64,000 nt of DNA, from assembly GCA_016202305.1 (NCBI GenBank), contig JACQPB010000034.1:27262-91261 (forward strand), in the 5' to 3' direction. Origin of the DNA: Candidatus Iainarchaeum sp. (GTDB taxonomy: Archaea > Iainarchaeota > Iainarchaeia > Iainarchaeales > Iainarchaeaceae). This document shows, piece by piece, positions 48,950 through 57,543 of the stretch (the first letter of the stretch is position 1; each line of letters begins with the position of its first letter). The translations under genes were made by a program, and so were the position numbers. Under the pieces are notes generated by a model. That model was not told the origin of the DNA. It saw only the letters and a program-made list of their open reading frames with translations, and did no database searches.

Positions 48950-50518
48950 TTGTTGGCTTTGGTGTTGTTGTTGTCTGAAAAACAAGGGGAGGAAATCGGC
49001 ACAGTGATAAGTTCGCCCGAGGGCCCTTCGCCGAACAGTGTGGACCTCATAGTGAATGCAGGCATACTCCATCGCGGCCAGTTCGTTGAAATGGATTATG
49101 CGCAGGGCACGCTCGTCTGCCTCGTGAACAATGTCCTGAAGAGCAACAAGTACTTCGAGCGCTTCGAATCCGTGAAAGAGTACGAAAGCTCCGGCAGGAA
49201 GCTCTTCGAGCAGTTCCCGACGCACGAGTGGGAGTACCTCGTCGCAATGACAAGGCCGCTTGGCGTGTTCAGTGAGGGGCTCGTGAAGCGCTCCACTTTC
49301 CCGCCATCACCCGGGACGAAAGTGAGGGTCGCGGCACGCGAGACGCTTGAAAAGTTCCTGGGCTTGGATTCGGAGAAAGGCCTGCACCTCGGGGAGATTG
49401 AGCACCACAATACTCTGGTGAAAATAAATTTGTCACGCCTTTTGCAAAAGCACCTTGCCATTTTGGCGATGTCCGGCGCGGGAAAATCGGTTTTGTCCGC
49501 AGTGATTATTGAGGAACTGCTCCAGAGGAAAAAAGAAAACGGCCGTATCGGAGTCGTGGTGATGGATGCGCACGGCGAGTACCGTGCATTCGCCGAGCCG
49601 GTGCGCGACGGGAAAAGCGTTGACTTTTCATCAAAGACAAAGTTTGTGCGCGCAACCGATGTGCAGATTGGCGTCCCAAAGCTCTCCATCGGGCTGTTCG
49701 CGGCTCTCATTCCCGGCCTCTCCGCGCCGCAGAAGCGCGACCTTGCGAGGGTGATTGACAAGCTCAGGGCGGAGATGAAGGGTGGCCTCGGCCCTTTCGA
49801 TTTCAACGCGGTGAAATCCGAAGTTTTGAATGATGAGGACATAAAGGGTGCGACAAAGGATGCGCTCATCGGCTGGATAATGTCGCTCGAGCAATTGGGC
49901 CTCTTCGGCAAGACCGACAATCCCGGCATAGCCGACCTCGTAAGGCCGGGCCAGCTTACAGTGATTGACCTCAGCGACGTGATTGAGCTGAAGAAGAAGC
50001 AGATTATCGTGGCTTACTATGCGCGCAAGCTCTTTGATGAGCGAAGGCGCAACAAGGTTCCGCCCTTCACGCTCATATGCGAGGAAGCCCACCAGCTGGC
50101 CCCTGAAAATGTATCAAAGGAGGGTTCGATAAGCAAGCATGTGATAGAAACAATAGCGCGCGAAGGGAGGAAGTTCGGCGCGGGCATATGCCTGATTTCG
50201 CAGAGGCCCGTGAACCTGTCCACTACGGCTTTGTCGCAATGCGGCACCCATATTATCCTGCGTGTCACCAACCCTTATGACCTTGACCATATCAAGCAGA
50301 CGAGCGAGGGCATAGACCAGCGCACCCTTGAGATGATAACTTCGCTGCGCACCGGCGAGGGCATAATTGTAGGGGAAGCCGTGAATTACCCCGTCTTCTT
50401 CAAAGTGAGGAAGAAGCTTTCGCAGGACTCGGGGCGCGAGGCCACGCTTGAGAAGGCCGCTGTCGATTTCGAGGAGTCGCGTGACGCTTCAAGGAAGGAC
50501 ATCGAGGACCTTCTCTGA
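48950..50518 (+). CDS. herA: HerA DNA helicase/translocase (FtsK-HerA superfamily)
   Basis: HAS-barrel N-terminus, Walker A MSGAGKSV, Walker B VVVMDAHGE and ICEEAH. Putative TTG start. Confidence 0.8.
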   Translation: MLALVLLLSEKQGEEIGTVISSPEGPSPNSVDLIVNAGILHRGQFVEMDYAQGTLVCLVNNVLKSNKYFERFESVKEYESSGRKLFEQFPTHEWEYLVAMTRPLGVFSEGLVKRSTFPPSPGTKVRVAARETLEKFLGLDSEKGLHLGEIEHHNTLVKINLSRLLQKHLAILAMSGAGKSVLSAVIIEELLQRKKENGRIGVVVMDAHGEYRAFAEPVRDGKSVDFSSKTKFVRATDVQIGVPKLSIGLFAALIPGLSAPQKRDLARVIDKLRAEMKGGLGPFDFNAVKSEVLNDEDIKGATKDALIGWIMSLEQLGLFGKTDNPGIADLVRPGQLTVIDLSDVIELKKKQIIVAYYARKLFDERRRNKVPPFTLICEEAHQLAPENVSKEGSISKHVIETIAREGRKFGAGICLISQRPVNLSTTALSQCGTHIILRVTNPYDLDHIKQTSEGIDQRTLEMITSLRTGEGIIVGEAVNYPVFFKVRKKLSQDSGREATLEKAAVDFEESRDASRKDIEDLL

Positions 50519-50624
50519 TTCTCGGAAAGGCTCGCTGTTCGCGGATGTGAGCCAGCGCAGGTGAAGTGAGGGTATTCCTCTCGGCAAAGCCTTAAATGTA
50601 TTCATATAGAATGGATACGGTTCC

Positions 50625-51236
50625 ATGTTCGACCTCTTCGGCAAGGTGCAGGACCTTCTCCTGGGCTTTGGGTACACTGCGCTTTTCGCCATTGTATTCG
50701 CGGAGTCGGGTCTTTTCTTCGGTTTTTTCCTTCCAGGCGATTCGTTGCTGTTCACGGCCGGCCTCATGGCTTCACAGGGCCTCTTTGACGTTAAAATCGT
50801 TCTGGTCGGTGTCGCGGTTTCGGCTATCCTCGGTGACCAGGTCGGCTACTGGATGGGCTCGAAATTCGGCAGGGGTTTCTTCAACAGGCCTGACTCCATA
50901 TTCTTCAATCCGAGGCACATAGAGGACGCCGAGGCTTTCTATGCGAGGCACGGCAAGAAGACAATCGTGCTGGCGAGGTTTGTTCCTGCGGTGAGGACTT
51001 TCGCCCCGATTGTCGCCGGCATGGCGCACATGGATTATCGGACGTTCGTTTCATACAATGTCTTGGGCGGGGTGCTTTGGTCCGTTGTTTTCGTGCTGGC
51101 CGGATACTTCCTCGGCCGTGCATTCCCGGAATCCGGAAACCTGATAGCCTACATTGTCATTGCAATTGTCCTGGTAACTACCGTCCCTATAGTGATGGAG
51201 TTCCTGAAAAGGCTGAAAAATAGGGGAGGGCGCTGA
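50625..51236 (+). CDS. DedA-family membrane protein
   Basis: DedA/SNARE-associated core (FFLPGDSLLFTAG...VLARFVP.VRTF). Confidence 0.8.
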   Translation: MFDLFGKVQDLLLGFGYTALFAIVFAESGLFFGFFLPGDSLLFTAGLMASQGLFDVKIVLVGVAVSAILGDQVGYWMGSKFGRGFFNRPDSIFFNPRHIEDAEAFYARHGKKTIVLARFVPAVRTFAPIVAGMAHMDYRTFVSYNVLGGVLWSVVFVLAGYFLGRAFPESGNLIAYIVIAIVLVTTVPIVMEFLKRLKNRGGR

Positions 51237-51302
51237 CGCGGAGTTGGCACCGGCAATGAGGTGTCTCCCAAGGCTTTTTAAAGCGGGTTACGAAACTCTG
51301 TC

Positions 51303-52799
51303 ATGCTCCCAAGCACGCTGTACCTTTCACGCGTATCATACTCTTCGGAGAAGCGGCAGATAATAGTCGAGTTTTCAAACCGCTGTGAGAGGGTTTCCCA
51401 GAGGCACCAGTTCTTCCCCAAATTTTTTTTCCAGCTAGGCGCTATTCCAGAGGCGGATTTCAGGGCTGTAGTGGCAGGTTTTGCCCCGCAGAAGTTCAAG
51501 GTGACTGTGAATGACGGAGTGGCATCCGTTTTTGCGGCAAGCTTCTCCGACTTGAAGGCTCTGAACAATTTCCTTGGAAAGTGCTTTGGCTCCAGGTGCA
51601 ATATAGTGGAGCCGGAGAGGCAGTTCCTCATGGAGCGTGGCTGGAATTATTTCGATTCTTTCTCCAGGGATTCAGAGGGCGTGCACAGGCTGGAGAGGTT
51701 CGATTTCCCCGATGTCAATCTCCCGTTCCTTTCAGCCGCTTTCAAGGAAACCGTCACAGAACTGCTCCGGAGCAATGATGCGCTTGCAAACGACCTGCTT
51801 TCAAAGGCCGCGCTGTCCCGCATTCTCCGTGTTCCTCTAATGGGGCGCGAGGCTGGCGACCCTCCTGTGGAAATTTTGCTCGAAAACATTTTTTTCACGG
51901 CTGGCATGCCTCTGCCTGTAGGTGCATCGTCGCCTTCCGGTCGTATTAATTTTTTTCCGGGAAAGGGCGAGATTGACTTTTCACGCCTGGTTGCCATGCT
52001 GTCGTCGAGGCCGTTCAGCAACATAGGGTTTGAAACAATGAACTGCCAGTGCTGCAGGCCTTCTTCCCCGGATGCGCGGAACATTCTTCCTTCCGGTCTC
52101 GTAAAAGTCAGGTTCCTGCGTGAGGGCTTTTACTTCAGTCCTTTTTCCATGGTTTGGGCGCACGAGTTCCATGAATCAATGCCTTTCAGGGAACTGCGTG
52201 AATCGCGGATGAGGGAGTACTGCCATCAGGTTCCGCCTGCGGGGCCTTTCAGCAGGGGCTCCGAAGGATTCGTTATGCTGATTGACGCTGTTTCCCTGGA
52301 GAGGCAGGGTTTTGTGGAAGTGCTCCGGGACTACTCTCCCGCATGGTTTTGCACGGTCAATGAAGGCTCCCTTTCCCGCGAGGTGAATTCTCTCCTGCGT
52401 TGCCTGTCATCGCTTGAATCTCTCATACATTCCGAGGGCGCGAAGGTGGCCGCTTCCAACGGGCTTTTCTTTTCGCAGGCAATCGGGAGCAGCCCGGAGT
52501 TTTTCTATCGCAAGGCGCTCAAGGGCGTGGTTTCCGCGCTGCTTTCCTCGCTGCCTGCGCAGCTCATAACTCCAGGTGGCAGGTTTTTCTCGAAAAATGT
52601 CGCGATGGCGCTGGAAGCGCTTAATGGCGGCATCGCCCGTGATTTCGAGGATTCGGTCATAAACGGCTGTGAAAGGGTGATTTTCCCGTGTTTTTCCAGG
52701 GCCGTCGTGGATAAGGCCTCGATAATGACGCTCGCAAAGCGGTTTTCCGAGTTATATAATGTGGAAATGCCATTGTTGGGCATCAGGTCAAATTCATAG
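51303..52799 (+). CDS. hypothetical protein (498 aa, no recognisable motif)
   Basis: Long ORF at normal GC with no Walker, HExxH or phosphoesterase motifs. Co-oriented upstream of rpoK–rps17e. Confidence 0.4.
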   Translation: MLPSTLYLSRVSYSSEKRQIIVEFSNRCERVSQRHQFFPKFFFQLGAIPEADFRAVVAGFAPQKFKVTVNDGVASVFAASFSDLKALNNFLGKCFGSRCNIVEPERQFLMERGWNYFDSFSRDSEGVHRLERFDFPDVNLPFLSAAFKETVTELLRSNDALANDLLSKAALSRILRVPLMGREAGDPPVEILLENIFFTAGMPLPVGASSPSGRINFFPGKGEIDFSRLVAMLSSRPFSNIGFETMNCQCCRPSSPDARNILPSGLVKVRFLREGFYFSPFSMVWAHEFHESMPFRELRESRMREYCHQVPPAGPFSRGSEGFVMLIDAVSLERQGFVEVLRDYSPAWFCTVNEGSLSREVNSLLRCLSSLESLIHSEGAKVAASNGLFFSQAIGSSPEFFYRKALKGVVSALLSSLPAQLITPGGRFFSKNVAMALEALNGGIARDFEDSVINGCERVIFPCFSRAVVDKASIMTLAKRFSELYNVEMPLLGIRSNS

Positions 52800-52865
52800 G
52801 GCGGCCTTTTTAATTCTTTGCTGGGAAAGAGTGTTACTATCCTTCGCTCGTTTTAAAGTGTTTTT

Positions 52866-53072
52866 ATGCCGAATTTGACTCGTTTTGAGGTGACGCGCCT
52901 TATAAGTGCCAGGGCGTTGCAGATTTCCTTGGGCGCGCCGGCGCTTGTCAAGGCCCATAAAGGCGATGTGCCGCTTGACATCGCAAGGCTGGAGTTCGAG
53001 AAGCGGGTAATTCCGCTTGCCGTTCTTCGCGAGTTTCCCGATGGCCACGTGGAAAAAATAGACGTCAATTGA
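52866..53072 (+). CDS. rpoK: DNA-directed RNA polymerase subunit Rpo6 (RpoK/Rpb6)
   Basis: TRFEVTRLISARALQISLGAPALV is the canonical Rpb6/omega fold. Confidence 0.8.
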   Translation: MPNLTRFEVTRLISARALQISLGAPALVKAHKGDVPLDIARLEFEKRVIPLAVLREFPDGHVEKIDVN

Positions 53073-53087
53073 GTTGCTGGTGTTGCA

Positions 53088-53282
53088 ATGGGCAAGGCGG
53101 TTCCACAGAAGGTCAAGAGCAAGGCAAAGGCCCTGTTTGCGGCTTATCCTGAGCAGGTAAGTGAAGACTTCGAATCCAACAAGAAATTCGTGGACACTTT
53201 TGACATGCCTCTCAGCATGACAGAGCGCAACCTGGTAGCGGGATTCCTCACCCGAATGAAGATAAAGGCCAAAGCCGCCTGA
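53088..53282 (+). CDS. rps17e: 30S ribosomal protein S17e
   Basis: MGK...VKSKAKALFAAYPEQVSEDFESNKKFV matches S17e ([23 protein letters not shown]). Confidence 0.65.
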   Translation: MGKAVPQKVKSKAKALFAAYPEQVSEDFESNKKFVDTFDMPLSMTERNLVAGFLTRMKIKAKAA

Positions 53283-53310
53283 AACCGCATTTCATTTTCC
53301 GCGCTGGTTT

Positions 53311-55362
53311 TCATTCTGAAACAACTTTTGTCACGCCGTCCTTGCTCTTCTCGCGTTCCAGCACGTAAAGTTTTCCGCTTGCGGCGTTTTCCATCTCCTT
53401 GTCATGCGTGATTATGAACACCTGTTCTATGAGCGCTGGCAGTCTGCCCCCTAGCATGCCTGCAAGCTCCTTCACCGCATTCGCGTCGAGGTTGTGCGTC
53501 GGCTCGTCGAGTATTATCCACCCGAGGTTTTGCGTGAGCACGAGCGAAGTGGCAATCCTTATCGTGAGCGCGGCAGCGCTCCTCTCCCCGCCTGAAAGTA
53601 TGCCGTCTACCCTCACCCATTCGCCGTTCAGCTGCCTCACCATTATCTCGTAGCTACCCTCTTCCACTGAAATCCTCACGCTCGTGAAGTCCTCGTAAGG
53701 ATACACGTTGGGCCATATCTCGTCCATGGCCTCGTTTATTGTCTGTATCATCGCGCCTCTCATCTCCGCCTGGGTTGACCTGAGGGCGGAGGCAAATATC
53801 GCTAGCTTCTCCAGTGCCTTCTCAGTGGCGGCCACCTGGCCTTCAAGCGTCTTTACCCGCTCTCCGGCTTCGCGCATGATTTTCGCGGATGATTCGATTT
53901 CCTTGAGGAGTTCCTCCGCGGCTTTCAGCTCTGATTTCAGTTTTGCTGTTCTTTCCGAGACTGAATAGAAAGCGGCGCGTTCCTTGGCAAGCCCATTTTC
54001 GTCGAAGCCGAGTTTCCTTATTTGCGCGTTGGTTTCATTGGTCTTTGCATCAAGCTCTTCCAGTTGCTTCTTGCAGCGCTCCGCCTCTTCTGTTGCCTCC
54101 ATTGCGTGCCTCAGTTCCAGTAGCGAGCCTTGCATGGTTTCCTTTTCGGCATCAAGCTTCCCGGTTTTTTCCTGCAATTCACGGGCATTTTTTTGCGCGG
54201 CGGAGAGCTTCTTTTCCAGCTCTGCTATAGATTTCCGTGCTTTCTCCGACTCTTCCTCGAGTTCCTCCCCCAGTTTTTCACGGTCATGCTTATCCATAGG
54301 CCTCTTGCATACGGGGCACTTGCCGCTAATAGTTTCTGCGTTGCGCAGGCTTTTGCCGGCGTTTTCAAGGGTATTCTTTTGCACTGCGAGGCCTTCCCTT
54401 GCAATGGCAATGTCTTTTTCAGCGTGTTCCTTTTCAGTGGCGAGTTCCTTCTTCAGGTGCGTGAGTAATGCCAGTTTTTTCTCTGTTTCCGCAATGCTTT
54501 CCTTTGCCTTTTCGTGGCCTGTGCGGTCAAGCTTCCGCTTCAGCTTTGCGAGCTGTTCGGAAAGGCTTTCTTGCCTAGACTTTGCCGTTATCAGGGCTTC
54601 ATGGAGCTTGTTGTGAAGTTTTTGCTTCTCCTCCATTGCCTTCAGGCGTGCGGTTGCCGCCTTCCCTTCTTCCTGTAGCCTTGCAAGCTCTTCCGCATTT
54701 TTCCCGAGTTCGTGCTTTTTTTCCAGTGCCCTTTTTTCATATTCTGCAAGAGACTTAGGGTCCACCTTCTTTTTTTGCTCCGCGAGGAATGCTTTCCTGT
54801 CATCCGCCGTTTTCCTGAGCCTGTTTGACAGCGTGACGCTGTTGGCCCTCACTCTTTCGTACTTGTCCAGCCCAAGCAGTTCGTCGAGCTTCTCCTTCCT
54901 CTGGGCGGCTGACAGCTTGAGGAAATAATCTATCTGGTTCTGCTCGGAATAAATGGCGCGGCTGAACAGGTCATACGTGGCCTCGAGAGTTTCCTCGATT
55001 TTTTTCGTGACTTCCGTCATCTTAGGGCCGGAAATTATCCTTGTGCCCTCCCGGAGGTAGGCTTCACTGATGCCGTTGCGCTTCACGGTCCTTTCTACCT
55101 CGTAGTCCTTTCCTGCATATTCGAATGAAAGTGTCACGGTGCCCTTTTCCTGCTTTATGGGCTTTGCCATTATGGTTTCCTCCAGGCTCACTTTGCGCGC
55201 CGCCTGCGAGGGGAATGTTCCGTACAACGCGAAGGAAATCGCGTCCATGAGGCTCGACTTTCCGCTGCCCATGTGCCCCACGATTACATTGGTGCCCCTG
55301 ACGAACTCGAACGTGCTGTCGAGGTGGGTTTTCCAGTTCTGCAGTCTTATGCTCTTAATCAT
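53311..55362 (-). CDS. rad50: Rad50 ATPase (short form, 683 aa)
   Basis: Walker A GHMGSGKSS, a central coiled coil with a CPVC zinc hook, signature LSGGERSAAAL, Walker B ILDEPT, and an H-loop ITHD. Confidence 0.8.
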   Translation of the reverse strand: MIKSIRLQNWKTHLDSTFEFVRGTNVIVGHMGSGKSSLMDAISFALYGTFPSQAARKVSLEETIMAKPIKQEKGTVTLSFEYAGKDYEVERTVKRNGISEAYLREGTRIISGPKMTEVTKKIEETLEATYDLFSRAIYSEQNQIDYFLKLSAAQRKEKLDELLGLDKYERVRANSVTLSNRLRKTADDRKAFLAEQKKKVDPKSLAEYEKRALEKKHELGKNAEELARLQEEGKAATARLKAMEEKQKLHNKLHEALITAKSRQESLSEQLAKLKRKLDRTGHEKAKESIAETEKKLALLTHLKKELATEKEHAEKDIAIAREGLAVQKNTLENAGKSLRNAETISGKCPVCKRPMDKHDREKLGEELEEESEKARKSIAELEKKLSAAQKNARELQEKTGKLDAEKETMQGSLLELRHAMEATEEAERCKKQLEELDAKTNETNAQIRKLGFDENGLAKERAAFYSVSERTAKLKSELKAAEELLKEIESSAKIMREAGERVKTLEGQVAATEKALEKLAIFASALRSTQAEMRGAMIQTINEAMDEIWPNVYPYEDFTSVRISVEEGSYEIMVRQLNGEWVRVDGILSGGERSAAALTIRIATSLVLTQNLGWIILDEPTHNLDANAVKELAGMLGGRLPALIEQVFIITHDKEMENAASGKLYVLEREKSKDGVTKVVSE

Positions 55363-55464
55363 GCAAAAAGAATTAGGCCGCCAAAAGGTTAAAACGGCTT
55401 CACACTCTGGGGCAATAGAGCTAAAAATATACGGGCAATTCGGAGTGCGTTTTTGTGGCGGTTT

Positions 55465-55764
55465 CTACAGCAGCGTCATTCCCTCTATTTCCGCGTCCTC
55501 CACTTCCTCGAGCGCGGAAATCTCGGAAATAACCCTGTCAGGGAGGCTTTCGTCCTTGGAGTCTATCAGGATGCCTGCCTTGATGACCTCTACTCCGAAG
55601 CCTATAGGTTCGCGGCGCACGTCCTTGACTGCGCCAGATTTTATGCCTTTCACGGCCGCCACTGTTTCGTCAAGTTTTTCCATGTCCTTGGCGTTTATCC
55701 TTATTATGAGGAGTGTCTTGTCAGGCATACCAACCAGCCGAAAACCGTGAAGCCGCTTTTCCAT
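55465..55764 (-). CDS. ef1b: elongation factor 1-beta (aEF1b)
   Basis: 99 aa; the C-terminus EVEDAEIEGMTLL and the overall pattern match aEF-1beta. Confidence 0.85.
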   Translation of the reverse strand: MEKRLHGFRLVGMPDKTLLIIRINAKDMEKLDETVAAVKGIKSGAVKDVRREPIGFGVEVIKAGILIDSKDESLPDRVISEISALEEVEDAEIEGMTLL

Positions 55765-55920
55765 TCAAGGGCCGGTGAATCCGCAGCCTGGGCACTTGTA
55801 GGCGAGGCTCTTGGCCCTTGCCTCAAGGCTCCTTGTTATGCGCTCCTTGCATTGCGGGCAGTGGAACTCTACGAAGTCATTAGTGACTATCTTGTTCGTC
55901 GTTATGCATCGCTTTATCAT
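55765..55920 (-). CDS. zinc-ribbon protein (COG2888-like), 51 aa
   Basis: Manual read gives MIKRCITTNKIVTNDFVEFHCPQCKERITRSLEARAKSLAYKCPGCGFTGP. Its stop abuts the ef1b start, the conserved archaeal pairing. Confidence 0.5.
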   Translation of the reverse strand: MIKRCITTNKIVTNDFVEFHCPQCKERITRSLEARAKSLAYKCPGCGFTGP

Positions 55921-56025
55921 CAGGACACCAATTACTATTCTCTTCCTGGGAAGCTTTATAAACCTTTAATTCTGGGCAGAACCCCCAGGCAACCTATTAA
56001 AACCGATTTTACACCATTCTTGTCC

Positions 56026-56100
56026 TCAGGGCCCGTAGTTTAGCCAGGACAAAATTCTCCGCTTCGGACGGAGCGATCGTGGGTTCGAATCCCACCGGGC
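56026..56100 (+). tRNA. tRNA-Arg (anticodon TCG)
   Basis: GGGCCCGTAGTTTAGCCAGGACAAAATTCTCCGCTTCGGACGGAGCGATCGTGGGTTCGAATCCCACCGGGCCCG. Acceptor, anticodon stem CTCCG/CGGAG (loop CTTCGGA) and T-arm fold. Confidence 0.7.
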
Positions 56101-56352
56101 CCGCCTTTTTCTTTCCGTCTAAAAGAGAAAAATCCGACGCAAAAAGAGGATAGCCTGCGTTCACTTTATCCTGATGTTCGCTACTGAGAAGTTGAATGTT
56201 ATCAGTGTTATAAGTATGGAAACAACGCTAAAGCTTTTCTCCGAAATCTGTCTGAACCCGAGCGTGTCCCCTCCTAACAATACTATGTAGAAGGCCGTGG
56301 CGGCAAACAACGAGTAAACGATATTTTTCAGCACGAAAGCCATGTGTCCGCC

Positions 56353-56727
56353 TCACAGCATGAAGAAGTTATAGTAGAACAGCACCGCATAAGTGGTCAG
56401 TGAAAAAGCCAGCGGTACGTGCTTTTGCCAGTCCTTTGTTTTTTCCAGTGCGGTGAGCACTGAGAGCCTGGCAAAGTAAAGTACCATTAGTGCGGGTGCG
56501 GTATAGAAAACCAGGTCGTGGGCTCTGAGGAGGTCTGCAAAGCCAAGGAGCAGGCCAGTAATCACCATGAAGTTCAGCAGCACTTTTTGGCCGTTTCCGA
56601 AAAAATAACCTGCCGCAACGAACGCGAAAACCCAGAAAGGCGCCCCGGCTACAAGGCCGATGAAATATCCTGCATCAAGGTAGAGAGCCCTCTGGATTAT
56701 CTCAACTAACACCTTCCCACCGGACAA
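56353..56727 (-). CDS. hypothetical polytopic membrane protein
   Basis: Four predicted TM helices; followed by a 60-aa membrane ORF at 56161-56343. Confidence 0.35.
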   Translation of the reverse strand: MSGGKVLVEIIQRALYLDAGYFIGLVAGAPFWVFAFVAAGYFFGNGQKVLLNFMVITGLLLGFADLLRAHDLVFYTAPALMVLYFARLSVLTALEKTKDWQKHVPLAFSLTTYAVLFYYNFFML

Positions 56728-56754
56728 ATAGGGTTTCCAGCGGCTATTATAGTT

Positions 56755-57540
56755 TTGTTGTCTGTAATACAGACAACATTTATATATAACTTCCCCCCTG
56801 ATAGCTTCGTGCGCAAGGATGCCCTTAGGGGGATTGGCCTATTAGATAGCGAAATAGACGTTTACGTTTCTCTCCTGAAGAACGGCCCGTGCCTCGCGAG
56901 CAGGGTTTCTGCCGACACTGGCATAAACAGGACGCACACCTACGAGCTGATACAGAAGCTTGTTGAGAAGGGCACGGCGAGCTACGTAATCAGGGAAAAC
57001 AGGAAATACTTCAGCGTGATTTCCCCAAAAAACCTGCTGAATTACATTGACGAGCAGAAGCGGAATCTTGACGGCAAACGCGAGGAGATTTCGCAATTGA
57101 TTCCGGAGCTTGAGAGCCTGAAGCAGAAGCATGAGGGCATTGAAGTTGAGGTATTCAAAGGCCCGGAAGGTGCAAAGACCATCCTGAACCATGTTTTCGA
57201 AGTTGGCCGTGATAATCACGTTTTCCCTATAACCGGCGTCCTTTTCGACATGTTGCCTGTTTTTTACCGGAATTATCAGGCAAGAATGGCCGCAGCTGGG
57301 TTAAAGCGCTGGCTTCTCGCAACTGAGGACAAGCGTGGGCTTTACGATGGCCAGCCATTGGTAAAGGTGCGCTACATCCCGTCAGAATTCAATCTGCCTG
57401 CCTCCACCTGGGTATACGGTGAATACGTGGTTTTGTTCATCCGCGGAGAGGAACTCACAATAGTAAGAATCCGCAGCAAGGCAGTTTCAAAGGTATATAT
57501 GAAGTTTTTCAAAACTTTCTGGAATCTATCGAAGAAGTGA
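56755..57540 (+). CDS. TrmB-family transcriptional regulator
   Basis: N-terminal wHTH (LLDSEIDVYVSLLKNGPCLASRVSADTGINRTHTYELIQKLVEKG) plus a C-terminal effector-like domain. Confidence 0.65.
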   Translation: MLSVIQTTFIYNFPPDSFVRKDALRGIGLLDSEIDVYVSLLKNGPCLASRVSADTGINRTHTYELIQKLVEKGTASYVIRENRKYFSVISPKNLLNYIDEQKRNLDGKREEISQLIPELESLKQKHEGIEVEVFKGPEGAKTILNHVFEVGRDNHVFPITGVLFDMLPVFYRNYQARMAAAGLKRWLLATEDKRGLYDGQPLVKVRYIPSEFNLPASTWVYGEYVVLFIRGEELTIVRIRSKAVSKVYMKFFKTFWNLSKK

Positions 57541-57543
57541 AGG

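Noticed and set aside
51303-52799. Possibility that the 498-aa unknown ORF is a divergent Mre11
   Set aside because: None of the calcineurin-like phosphoesterase motifs (DxH, GDxxD, GNHD/E, GHxH) could be found. It is kept as an unknown rather than called Mre11.
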